NCBI GenBank assembly: GCA_051294375.1
Contig: CM119271.1
Coordinates: 13,259,039-13,323,038 of the forward strand
Length of the DNA: 64,000 bases
Reading direction: 5' to 3'
From: Paraspadella gotoi
Taxonomy: Eukaryota > Animalia > Chaetognatha
The translations under genes and the position numbers were made by a program. The notes beneath the pieces were generated by a model. It saw only the letters and a list, made by a program, of their open reading frames with translations, had not been told where the DNA came from and searched no databases. Shown here piece after piece: positions 1 through 11,696 of the stretch (position 1 is the stretch's first letter; each line of letters opens with the position of its first letter).

Positions 1-1269
1 TAGCTCCATGAAAACCAACCGAAAAAATACCTAAATCCTTTATCCACGACACTTTTCTAAAATTTTTCTAATTAAACTTTTCTATCTATTCGTTATTCTC
101 ATTTGCATATTGCAGTGTTGCTTTAGATAATTAGAGCAACATATAAAATTTATTTATATTATAAAAAAACATTTAAAAAGGCGATCTTCCACTAAAACCT
201 ACATCACTACGACGTGGAACGTGGGAGTTTCGAAAATTGTTAACCGTTTCCGGTAGAGGGCACGACGTAGTTTGTCGCCGGTCTTGATCTACGTGGTAAA
301 CATGCAGCCGCTAATCTTATGAATTAGTTTCCTTGTGTTTCAATAAATTCAAAAGATGCAGTCACCGGTTCCATTCAAGTTATTTTACTCTGTTGTTGAT
401 ATCCTTACTGTTATTGTTTTGTGTTAATCGTTCTTCTTTTTTTTTAACTGTTTCCGGTTTTATGATTTTGACATTTGATCCTTGAACGTTCTAAAACGTT
501 ATTTCTTATAGTTTTTTATAGTAACATTTATTAATCAGTCTTATACACTGTTACTGTTTATGATTATGTTAATACTGTTTTTAGTATTAAAAATTTAAAA
601 AAAAGGTAGATTCCATATGTTTTTTTACAAAAATTTGAAAATATTAATCATAGCCATATGGACCATATTAGGGTAATATTGAAAAAACAACTAATCATAG
701 ATTTAGAAAAAGGATTGATTTAACTTCTTATTCGTTACAAGAAACGTTCATAATAAGGATGCAAGGCATTCGAATACAAGGTCAGTTTGTTCTGCGACAA
801 ATCTCTTTGCACGTTAATATTCTCGCATCCTTCTTTACATTATATTCTATCCGCTCCAAAATAAAAACGGTGTGCTCCTGTGCTTCCCGTTCGTGAGCGA
901 ATATAAGAAACATACAATGAATTTAATACAGTAGCTTAATAAAAAAAACTGGGGGGGGGGAAATAAAGGGATCCTTTATGTTTTTTTATTTCCCCGGCCA
1001 GCGTTCCGAACTTGACGTTTTTGTATCAAGTGGATTTTGATTTATGTCCAGCTCCTCCTCCTCCTCCTCCTCCTCATCCTCATCCTCGCCGCCGCTTTTA
1101 GAATAAATGCTGTCGTAAACGTTTTACATGGATGCCACGCCCCCTCACCTCCCTGAAGCGGTATTTTCTAGAAGGTTGAGACATCATTATAATTTGTATC
1201 AACCCCACTCTCTCTTCTCCATTTCCTCATTCCATTCTCAGGCGCCGAGGTAACTATCTCTTTAACTCT

Positions 1270-1331
<62 letters not shown>

Positions 1332-1364
1332 CCTCGGTTGGCGCAATCTCGTATCCTTTGGCGT

Positions 1365-1485
1365 CAACTCATTCATTTTTGACGTCAGCTGATGTCATTC
1401 TCATTCATTTTTGACGTCAGCAGATTTCATTCTCATTCTTTATTGACGTCAGCTGATGTCATTCTCATTCTTTCTTGACGTCATG
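1365..1485. repeat. 32-bp tandem repeat (4 copies), each carrying a TGACGTCA palindrome
   Basis: Unit ctcattcatttttgacgtcagctgatgtcatt; TGACGTCA at 1380, 1412, 1444 and 1476. Confidence 0.85.
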
Positions 1486-1619
1486 GATTTTTTTTTAACA
1501 AAAAAAAAACCCAAATTTTTTTACGTCATCTTATTCTCATTCTTTCATTCATTCATTCATTCATTCATTCAGTCTTGACATCATCTGATGTCATTGTCAT
1601 TCTTCAATGTCTCCACGAA

Positions 1620-1880
1620 ATTCATGAATTCAAAACCAATATAAAAATATAAAAATATAAAAATATAAAATATCAAAATATAAAAATATAAAAATATAAA
1701 AATATAAAAATATAAAAATATAAAAATATAAAAATATAAAAATATAAAAATATAAAAATATAAAAATTATCCATTCATTTAATAAATAAGCCATCTTGCC
1801 CCTGACTTTGGACAGGCTTACAAGATAATGACCTAGCAGGTCCCTGCAAGCTTTCAATCAAGATTCTTTCACAGTCGAGT
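1620..1880 (-). mobile_element. Dispersed non-autonomous repeat family (other copies ~18400-18480, 20710-20810, 32420-32535, 48420-48580, 54300-54410)
   Basis: Shared core gaaagcttgcagg...cctgtccaaagtcaggggcaagatggcttatttattaaatgaatggataattt recurs in both orientations; class not determined. Confidence 0.7.
1640..1766. repeat. (ATATAAAAA)n 9-bp microsatellite inside a dispersed repeat copy
   Basis: Direct reading; explains the spurious IFIFLYFY ORF. Confidence 0.9.
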
Positions 1881-2114
1881 TTATTCACTCCCATTTTTAT
1901 TCTTGTTTTGTAGTTATCATGATTAAAGATTTTTGTTTTTTAGTTTCGTGTAATTATTGGATATAAAAACGTAATCATGCTTTGGACCGTTTTAATAAAT
2001 GATTAATTACTTATGTATGTAGTTAAGTCATATAAATACCTACCGAACATTGTTTCTTACTTTTATCTTCTTAACTCAATTTTCCTACCGCATTTTCTCA
2101 TCGCCGCGGGATTT

Positions 2115-2400
2115 TTCTGCATCCTAGATGCCTCTTCAATTTCTGCATCCTAGATACCTCTTCAACTTCTGCATCCTAGATACCTCTTCAATTTCTGCAT
2201 CCTAGATACCTATTCAATTTCTGCATCCTAGATACCTCTTCAATTTCTGCATCCTAGATACCTCTTCAATTTCTGCATCCTAGATACCTCTTCAATTTCT
2301 GCATCCTAGATACTTCTTCAATTTCTGCATCCTAGATACCTATTCAATTTCTGCATCCTAGATACCTCTTCAATTTCTGCATCCTAGATGCCTCTTCAAC
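2115..2400. repeat. 26-bp minisatellite (~11 copies)
   Basis: Unit tcttcaatttctgcatcctagatacc in tandem. Confidence 0.92.
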
Positions 2401-2539
2401 TTCGCGAATTCCGTAACAAAAAGATACAAGCGGCATAATTTTTTTTGCAGCAACTCTTGCCGCATATCTTTTATCTTCTTCCACCTGCGGCGTCTGACAG
2501 GAGCCGGTTTTTTCTTTTTTTTTATCAATTGCGATTTTT

Positions 2540-2910
2540 TTAGTTGCGCCGCGAGTACTCGCCGAGCAACTCTATAAGTCACTTTTCAGTCGGTCGGTCA
2601 GTCGGTTGGTCTGTTGGTCGGTATGTTTATCCGTTGGTCTGTCCCACTTACATTAAAAAAGCATATAATTTGCCTATAGTTGATGCTTAATTTGTTAAGA
2701 CAGAATAAAACCTAAAATCTAAGGGACTGCTAGCGCCGCCTTTAAAAAATAAGGAATAAAAGACATAATTTTGATGGAGTGCATGTCATAAATATACGGG
2801 CTAAGAAAGTTTTTTAGTCATATCATATCATGTCATATCATGTGATCAAATGAAAATACACGTGAAAATAAAGTCACCGCGGCGCAACACATTGGAATCA
2901 CCGTTCTTGT
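2540..2910 (+). mobile_element. Helentron-associated non-autonomous element (DINE-1/HINE-like)
   Basis: 5' hairpin GTTGCGCCGCGAGTACTCGC(C/G)GAGCAAC, then ctctataagtcactttt, a (GTCG/GTCT)n microsatellite, and 3' end GCGCAACACATTGGAAT..CCGTTCTTGTT; flanked by T runs; multiple copies in the window. Confidence 0.65.
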
Positions 2911-3227
2911 TTTTTTCATTTCACTATCGCTCTTCTGAGAGTTGGGAATTTTATAAGAAAGACGGAGAACGCTCAGGAAATTCTGAAGCTTGTTATATGA
3001 AAGTGGTACAAGCAATATATGAAAAATTATTTTCTGACCATTCATTTCATAAACAAGCTATCTTGACTTCTTACTTTAAACGGGCTACGGAGGGATACTA
3101 GAAAGTAATATAGCAAGACTATGCAGAGCTTTTTAAAAATTAAAACTCAAATTTACATGGAACAAATTTTGTAATTATATAAAAGGACCTTTATAATATG
3201 AAAATATTACGTGGGTGGATTTAATTT

Positions 3228-3270
<43 letters not shown>

Positions 3271-3531
3271 AAATTAATCGTGCCAAAACTAATGACGAAA
3301 AAAGTGATCAACAAATCTGTTCGGAATGATTCCATGTACTTTTTATCTTTGGTCATCCCTGATGGTTGTTGTCGACTTTTTACTTGGTCCGTCATCAATG
3401 ACGGTCGGCCTCGATTGTTCCATGTGCAAAAGTCCAACTGCCCCTTCAGTGTGACTCGCTTTTCCATCAGATTGACTGAGAGACATCCATCGCTTTCATC
3501 AGAGGCCACGTTTATTCATACCACGTCTTTT

Positions 3532-3591
<60 letters not shown>

Positions 3592-4055
3592 TCTTTCCTT
3601 ACTTAAAAGAAACATGCAGCAATGAAATCGATAGAACCTAATTATTTTGAAGCATTTTTAAAAATATTATTGAACAATGAATATAAAATGCATCGGTAAG
3701 TACATTTTTTGACAAAGTATTTGTATGAAATTTTTTTTTTAAATTTAAATTCCAATTATTTAAAAAAATTGTAATTAAGTTAGTAACAGATACAAAACGG
3801 CTAGAAGTGAATGTCGACTGGTAGACAGGAGTCTGATTCTACAAAATATAGTGGGTGCGCCCGGGTGCTCGATTGGGTGCATCTGGGTGGACGGTTAGTG
3901 CGACTGTGAGCTTTAATAAATGCCCCTTGGTGCACGAGTAGGTGCGCCTAGGCGCGCGAGCGAGTGCATAAGTTAGCTATAAACATCTTACATACTACAT
4001 ACATACTACATGTTACATAAAAAATGCCTTAAAATGCTCTCCGTTTGTTAATAAC

Positions 4056-5210
4056 TTAATAATAAAGAAAATAGCAAAATATTGGTAATGACAAAAGAAA
4101 CATGTTGAGGCCTGTGTAATCTTTAAAAATTTCTTCATCGAGCACCGTGAGAAAATCGTGAAAAAGGGAACCGACGCCCACCTCTAAATTTCGTAGAATC
4201 CTGCTTTGTTTCATGGCCTTTAAAATTTGTTTAATTTCAATGTAATGAATTGAATCCGATGTAGTTTTTGAGGAAAAATAGATCGGGAAATTACGATAGC
4301 GAGTCTGGTAGTAATTAACGATGCGTTTGTACGAAATCTCATTAGTTTCTCGCGAGGAATTGTGAATTATAAAAAGGTACGAGTTAAAAGCTATCGGAAT
4401 AAGCGCGATGACGAATTTGACGAAAATCGTTACTTTTTTCTCGAGGTTAATCGTTTTGAGGATCAGACTGATCCAAATGAATTGAGGCAAGAGCGAAATG
4501 TAAAGGTAGATGGAGGATTGACTGATGTCGAATAAGGCTATTATTCCTCTTCTATAAAATGGGATATGCGAGAACCGAAACGCCTCGCTCATTCTATGCA
4601 ATGACTTTATATTTTTAAAATCATTTTTTCTAATAATATTGGCTTTTACGAGAGTAAGTGATGATATGATAAGCGCCAAAAAAGTACAAATTAGCAATAC
4701 AACCAATCTTTTTCCTTTAACCCATACGTGATATAAATTTTCGGGGCACCCTTCCAAAAATAAGCCTATGAAGCATAGTGCAAAATAGGCGGGAGAATAA
4801 TTCGCTAAACTTTTAAAGCTTCTGTATAACCCGTCTTTTGATTTAAACAAAGTATAATAGTCGATATTTTTTATGCATGATTTCGTTGAACATAAGCGCA
4901 AACCTAGTTGATTAGAAATATTCTCATGATCAAAAGTATTGTAAATGTTTAAGCAAACTATTGTAAATGGCATTATCGAAGCAGTGGTGAAACAAGCTAT
5001 TTTTGAGGTCAGTTTTTTTTCTAAAAATAACACATTGACGTACAACATTCCCAAACTTAGATCCAACAGCAGCAGAAACAAAATAGTAGAATAATGCGGA
5101 CTAAGAAACTTGTAATTTCCGACCAAATAAACTTCTTCATTGACAAATCCTCGACGAATAGTATTCAGTTTGCAATATTTAATGCAAGGTATCATGTCTT
5201 GATAAGGCAA
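4056..5210 (-). CDS. Uncharacterised multi-pass membrane protein (384-aa ORF; probably extends upstream to ~5377 across a homopolymer frameshift)
   Basis: Long stop-free ORF in AT-rich DNA with several hydrophobic segments. Upstream sequence reads FTFSFGEFFLAAGFKWSPDRFEKC...IIDK in an offset frame behind a ttttgtctttag acceptor-like site. Confidence 0.6.
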   Translation of the reverse strand: MPYQDMIPCIKYCKLNTIRRGFVNEEVYLVGNYKFLSPHYSTILFLLLLDLSLGMLYVNVLFLEKKLTSKIACFTTASIMPFTIVCLNIYNTFDHENISNQLGLRLCSTKSCIKNIDYYTLFKSKDGLYRSFKSLANYSPAYFALCFIGLFLEGCPENLYHVWVKGKRLVVLLICTFLALIISSLTLVKANIIRKNDFKNIKSLHRMSEAFRFSHIPFYRRGIIALFDISQSSIYLYISLLPQFIWISLILKTINLEKKVTIFVKFVIALIPIAFNSYLFIIHNSSRETNEISYKRIVNYYQTRYRNFPIYFSSKTTSDSIHYIEIKQILKAMKQSRILRNLEVGVGSLFHDFLTVLDEEIFKDYTGLNMFLLSLPIFCYFLYY

Positions 5211-5990
5211 GATGTTATCCCATCTTTTTTTATCTATAATTCCCTGCGCAACGAAACATAATTTTGTATCTACTATACATTTTTCAAATCTATCAGGTGA
5301 CCATTTGAAACCCGCCGCTAGAAAAAATTCACCAAAGGAAAACGTGAAGACATTTTAATATTTTAAAAAGAGATACCTAAAGACAAAACATACTCATTTG
5401 TTATGTATAAATATTATTTATTTTGGTTTACTTTTACTTTAACTAGAAGAGGTAAAAGCTAGCTTAAAAATGATCTCCCAGCTCGATAGCCTAATGTTTT
5501 TTAATAAAAATTGTTTATCTTACTTTCTGGCTGGAAGAATAATTTTAACCTAACCGTTAATATATTTTTTAACGGTTAAATTCGGTTAATTTTCAAATAT
5601 GATTTTTTTTATTTTTTGATATAAAATCTTTGATTTTTTGAAAGAAAATTATTTTTTTCCTGTCATCTCTTATTCTCCTTTCCTTTTATCACCATATTTT
5701 TTCACTTCTCTTCTCCATTTTTTCCCTGTTTATTTTCAACCCTTTTAATCTTTTTTCTATCCTAATCTCTCTCTTAATCTTTCTTCCCCTCACATAATCT
5801 CCTTCTGTACCTTTCTTTTTCTCTCTCTCTTTTCCCCTCCTTCTTTTCCCCCTTTCCTCTCCTTTTTCCCCCCTTTTCTTTTACCTTTCCTTTTTTTCTG
5901 AAATATATATATATTAAGGGGTAGTAAAATTCCTAAATTTAACTTTAATTAAAATTCTAAAAGTGAGGAACGACGGCGGGTTTCAAATGT

Positions 5991-7058
5991 TCACTTTGTA
6001 TCAAAATAGATGAGACTAGGACTGAAAGTCTTTCGTATCTGTTCCACGAATTGTACAAAATGTGATTCCCTTATTATGCGATCATCGCCTTGACAGAAAA
6101 ATGAGACGAGACAAAGCGACCAGAATATCATAACAATAGATTGGGCAAAAGTTGCCGTGCTCTTTTGCTTCATCTCCCTTCTTTTAAACAGACTTAGAAT
6201 GAGGCCTTTTACTTCCGTCAGAGTGAATATCCTCAGCAGAACCAATGGAGAGAGCATGGCATACCAAAGTGTGATCTTTAATCCCCAAACATAGATCAAA
6301 TAGATATTGACGACTACTCCTACAGTTCCCTGTACCATTCCAGCCATGCCCAGAAGAGACGCCAGCTTGGCTCGGGATTTGCTTGCAAAAGATGCCAAGC
6401 TGATGCTTGACAAACAGAAGGATACAATGCTGTGATAATTGCTTATTTCCCAGGAGCAAGTTTTAGACTGGGTAGCTTGCCATTGACATGTACATGGTTG
6501 GGATAATTTGATCAGAGAATTGTTGAGACTGATTTCAAAAAGAGCAACTTTTTTGTTACCAATGAAGAGACATTGCTTAGTCGTTCCGCTGGTCAAGTCC
6601 AAGATAAGCGTCGCGGCTTGCAATAGAATTTGCGGAAACGATTCCAAGATGACGTGTAGGAATTCCAGCTGGTTCACTAGCTGAATCTTTGTTCGTAGCA
6701 AAGCGGGACGTCCTGTGAGGTCGGGTTGCTGCTCGTCTAGATGAAGGTCGACTATAAAAAGAACATTGCCCAAGCCAAAGAGACAAAGAAATGCGGCTCC
6801 CATCTTGCGCCAAACGTTGATGCAGAATCGCGGATACGAAGCCGCTTCTTGCCGCAAATAGCGCCCAATGTTCAGATTTGTCATGGCGCTGTGAATTATC
6901 AAAACTGCGCCCATGGCAGCGCCAAAGCAGCGCTCCAGATAAAAACTCTTTTGACAGAAAAAAATCATTGTTTGAAAATCAGTTGTTAAGTCGGTAATGT
7001 TCATAAAGATGACACCGATTAGGAATATCTTTTGGACACTCGTTTTTAAAAACGGCAT
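5991..7058 (-). CDS. XK-related (Xkr scramblase-like) membrane protein, single long exon
   Basis: 355-aa ORF with an N-terminal TM ending DLTTD (cf. D-x-x-TD) and LESFPQILLQ (cf. XK-family LESAPQLxLQ); several TM segments. Confidence 0.7.
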   Translation of the reverse strand: MPFLKTSVQKIFLIGVIFMNITDLTTDFQTMIFFCQKSFYLERCFGAAMGAVLIIHSAMTNLNIGRYLRQEAASYPRFCINVWRKMGAAFLCLFGLGNVLFIVDLHLDEQQPDLTGRPALLRTKIQLVNQLEFLHVILESFPQILLQAATLILDLTSGTTKQCLFIGNKKVALFEISLNNSLIKLSQPCTCQWQATQSKTCSWEISNYHSIVSFCLSSISLASFASKSRAKLASLLGMAGMVQGTVGVVVNIYLIYVWGLKITLWYAMLSPLVLLRIFTLTEVKGLILSLFKRREMKQKSTATFAQSIVMIFWSLCLVSFFCQGDDRIIRESHFVQFVEQIRKTFSPSLIYFDTK

Positions 7059-8887
7059 TTTGAATAAGAATTACTCTGATGGACTTAAAAATATTATAGT
7101 CCTATTTATTCAATTAATGAACAATATTTGTGTGGATTGAACCAATATCAATGAGCTGTTTAGATATTGAACATTGGAAAAAAAAATATTTATACAAAAA
7201 CTGTTTCAACGTCATCGCAAGCACAGTGAAACTGATGATTAATTTCATTATTTTTTATAATGGAAGTATACAGTGCTGAAGCACCTTCAACGATACAAAC
7301 TCGGAGACTAAAAATTAAAAATACCCTATTCAGAGAAATTATCGCCATTTTGCTTAACTCTACATCTTCATCGAATCCTCGTCTCAATTCATTCTCTCCG
7401 TGTCTCTCGTGATCGACTCCTCGTCTCGATACCTCTCGTCTACATGGCCTCTTCTCTCTCTCTCTCTTTCTTTTCTCTTTCTCTCTCTGTCTCAATCCTT
7501 TTTACTACATATTTCGGATTAAAAAATCACTTTAGTATTTTAATGTGTTGCCACTAAGAGACACATCTCGAAATATTTGACAATTATACCGTTTTGCCTT
7601 CAGCACTGTATAACTCCAATATAAAAATAATAAACTCCTGTTGTTATTGTCAGCGATGACGTTCGACAATGTTAATGTAAAACTTGATCGATCTATTTCT
7701 ATTTCCATTTCAAATTATATAGGTTATTATATTATTATCATTTTTATTTATTTTCGATTTATTGTCGATGTCATTATTTCATGAAAATCAGAAGAGAACG
7801 GAAAAGTTCAAGTCAGCAGAAAATAATAAGAGGGGAAAAAAATAATGTGTAGAATTTTAGGTATATTTTTTTGAAAGCATGCCTGAACGTAATTTTGATT
7901 AATATATTTAGCTAACCCTTAACCTGAAAATCCCTAACGCGATCGGTTCAAACTAAAATCAAGTCCCTAGTGGTGATCATATCTATAACCTAATCTTATC
8001 TCTATCCCTAACCACTAACCAAATCTCTATCCATAACCACTAACCAAATCTGTAAACATATAAATTCAATTAATCTGATTTTACCATAAAACGGACACTT
8101 TTGAAATAATTTGTTTTTTTGTTGTTTTTTTTTTGCTTTTGTTTTCTTTTCTAGAATGAACAAAATGCGAAGTCATGCCTTTTGATAACACGTCCCGCAT
8201 TTTTTCATTTCTCACCCAAAGTTTTGGACATTTTTTTTATTTCGATAAATAAAACGGTTTCTTGTTCTTTGGCGCGAAAAAAAAAAGGAAACAGACTTTC
8301 GCCATTTTTTTTATGAAAAAAGCGTCTCAACTCTTACAGAGAAACGGAAATAAAAAAAGACGAAAAAGAATGAACATTTTATTAACGGATTTAAAGAATA
8401 GATTCATATTCTGCAGCACGAAACAATAACAAGCGCTGCGATTATACTGTACAAGTGTACAACTGTACCTAGTTGGTCTTGCAGAACCATTTCCATAGAG
8501 AGTCAGCAATATTAAATCGGTATCTCGAGGCGATTCTTGTGAATGTTATGGTATATTGTATTATGAGTAGGCTATTAGCTATCAAAATCTAAGACAGACT
8601 GTCTACCTAATTGACACGACGAAATTCTTGTATATAGAAAGAATGAATTAATAAATGAATTAATTAATGATTAAAAAATAAATAAAAGGAGGGATGAAAG
8701 AATAAATAAATAAATGTAGTCATGAATGATTGAAATTTAAAAAAAAGAATGAGAGAATGAAAAAAAAAGAAAGATTGAACTAACAAAAAATGAACAAATG
8801 AATGACTAAAAGAATGAAAAAATGAATGAATGAATGAATGAATGAATGAATGAATGAATGAATGAAACCCCCCCCCTTAAATGCACG

Positions 8888-11022
8888 TCAGCCCCTCGTC
8901 GTCGTCCCCACTTCGCAAGCAAAATCCACCGCCTTAAAATGACAAGGGAGATTCGCCCAAGAGTTGTCGACTGCTGATCCGTTGCCAAGGAACGCGTAGA
9001 CGCATGGATTGAGGTTCGAGTCTTTGGGATAACCCGCGAACCAAGCCGGGTGGTCGTTTGGTATATCTGGTTCAGGTTAAGGGGGAATAGAATAGACATC
9101 TGGTCATTGGTCACGTTTCTTTTTAGATNNNNNNNNNNTAAGGGGGAATAGAATAGACATCTGGTCAATGGTTACGTTTCTTTTTAGATTGTGTCTTTCT
9201 GTTTGGTCTGTTTGTTTGTTTGTTAGACTGTCAGTCTCTCTCTTCTCTCTCTCTCCTCTCTCTCCCTCGCTCTCTCCCTCCATCCCCCTCCTCTTCTTCC
9301 CCACCCGCTCCGTCTCCGAGCCACTGAACTTCCCCGCCCCCGGTTCGAATTTTGCGTTGAGCCAAAATGAGATCTGCATTTTCTTCAAGTTTTCGTCGGC
9401 GGCCAAGTTGGTCTTCAAGAGAGTGAAGACGTTGTTCCACTCGGCGAGAGTCTCAAACGCAACCAGGTTAGTTCCTTGCGCCCTTGAGAAAAGGAAGGAT
9501 AGACAGAGAGACGGACAAGTGGAAGGATAAAAGAAAACAAGGAACGGTTATTCCAAGGTGTTGCGCCGCATTACTTTTCTTTTTACTTATCATTAAAAAC
9601 AAAAGGTGGTGCCAGTAGTCGCTTAGATTTTATTTTTAATAAATGAGCAACAATCTATAGGCAATTTATAAGCGTTTTTAACGTAAGTGGGACAGACCTA
9701 CGGACAGACATACCGATGGACCGACCGACGGACCGACCAACCGACCAAAAAGTGACTTATAGAGTTGCCCCGCGAGTACTCGCGGCGCAACTAAAAACAA
9801 ATATATGAAAAAAAAGGACCATTCCCTTAAGTACCTATTAGATCGGGGAATCCAATATTGTTATAATTCTTATGCCTTATTATATATGTAGTAGATTTGG
9901 CTTCAAGTGTGCTTATGATAGCGTTTATTCAACGATTAAACGATAAATGCTCACTATCTTTTTTATCACAATCACGTGACATTCACACAATCTGATCTCA
10001 CCTGCACATTCGCTCGACCTCCATCGGATTCGCCCGAAGCAACGAACCGAAGAGGAAGCGATAATTTTCGAGTCCTGGAGGAACTCCTCTTGCTGAAGTG
10101 GAAATGTAATTGATAAATATTTTAAATATTTATAATTTAAAAATAGAGAGAGAGAGACGGACGGGCAGAGACAAAAAAAACAGACGTACAGAAAGACAGA
10201 TAGTCTGGATTAAAAGTTAAAAAAAACACAGTCAGACTTTCTGACAGATAGAATGAAAGCAATCAGAAAGATAGACAGACTGAAATTCTTATAGGCTGAC
10301 GAACAGACGGACAGACAAGAATAGACTTATCGACAAAGAGACAGATAAATCAGCCTGACAGATAGAGATAAAAAGACAGAAACAGACAGAAAAAATATCG
10401 ACAGAAAGACTAAAAGCCAGCCAAGGGACAGAAAGACAGACATATAGAAAGACAGACGGACAGACAGACAGACAGAACGAAAGTCAAAAAGACGGACAGA
10501 CTCACGCGTTTGGCATCTGTCGCCCAGAAATCCGTTGATGCAATTGCAGATGGCGTCGTCGCAACGGCCTCCGTTGAAGCAGACGACGCCGTCGCAGCTG
10601 CCCGGCGTCGCAGGAGTCGTCGCCGCGGCGCCGTTGTCCCCGCTGCTGCCGCTGTTATCCGCTGTCGGAGCTGGCACAAAAAAAGTTTTTGGATATATAG
10701 GCAGTGGTTTTTAACGGTATTTAATTCAATTTATTGATAAATGATTTAATGAATAAATCATCGTTACGTTAATTAGACAATTAGAAAATAATTAATTTTG
10801 AGAATTCCGATTTAACAATCAATTTCAATTACAGCATTTTACACTTTAAAATAATGGCAGATTCATCGAAAAAATTATTAAATTAAATGATTAATAATTA
10901 ATTAACTAATTTCATTATTTTACTAATTTATTCGCTATCTTACCCAGTGGCTGCGCGTTGCAGGCTGCAGAGATTTGCATCGATCCAAACGTCAAAAGGA
11001 AAAAAAAGTAAACAAAACGCAT
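8888..11022 (-). CDS. Secreted EGF + C-type lectin-like domain protein, paralog A
   Basis: GT-AG exons: 11022-10944 (MRFVYFFFLLTFGSMQISAACNAQPLG), 10670-10506 (EGF CDGVVCFNGGRCDDAICNCINGFLGDRC), 10092-10002, 9482-9305 (LVAFETLAEW..FWLNAKF; one probable 1-bp error), 9066-8888 (PNDHPAWFAGYP..CVYA..WANLPCHFKAVDFACE..stop). Confidence 0.82.
9540..9795 (-). mobile_element. DINE-1/HINE-like element copy (intronic)
   Basis: Reverse complement of the 2540-2910 family, with the same hairpin, (CCGA)n tract and end motif. Confidence 0.65.
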
Positions 11023-11696
11023 TTTTGTTTTCCTTTTTGTTTTGTTTTGTTTATTTTAAATTAGATACTTTTGTTTTCTTTTTATTTAAAAAAGTTTTTT
11101 TTAGTCAAACTTTTTTCCTTTGTTCTTTTTTTTTACTTGATTTAGATGATTTTATTTTCTATAATTTTTTTTTACTCATTCGTGTTTTTTGAACCGTTTT
11201 TTTTTTAATATATATTTTTATCTGTCAAGAATTAAGTAGTATATGTCAATTAAATTAAAGCGCGATAGCCTTAAATAAAACGATAGATTAGAAATTATTT
11301 GACGATGTAACAATTACGAATTTCTAGTTTTTGGATATTTTTTGTATGTTTTCTTTTCAACAACTTTAAATAATAAATTTCAACAAAATACAAAAACAGT
11401 GGATTAATTAAAAACAACTTGGATATATTTTCCAAAAGCGCCTCAATTCGAAATTTTTTAAGATTTAAAGATAAGTTAAGGATTAAGTAAAAGCTTAAGT
11501 TTAGGAAATAAATATAAGGTTTGTGATTTGGTTATTAAATAGAGTTTTCGATTAGGGTGTTTGGTAAAAGTGTTTATAGGTAGGCAATTAAGTTTTAAAA
11601 AAATAATTATTTAAATTCAGCTACAATTCTTTAACAGAAACGAGGCGTTTTCGGAAAATAGCCCCTACAACTTAAAAAACCTTCCTGCCCCATGCA

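Noticed and set aside
2115-2400. CRISPR-like array
   Set aside because: Head-to-tail identical units without unique spacers, in eukaryotic context with no cas genes.
3280-3510. Coding-like stretch between GA/CT microsatellites
   Set aside because: No recognisable domain and no clear splice sites or start.
9075-9190. Direct repeat flanking an N run
   Set aside because: The same ~50 bp on both sides of a scaffold gap; probably an unmerged contig overlap.
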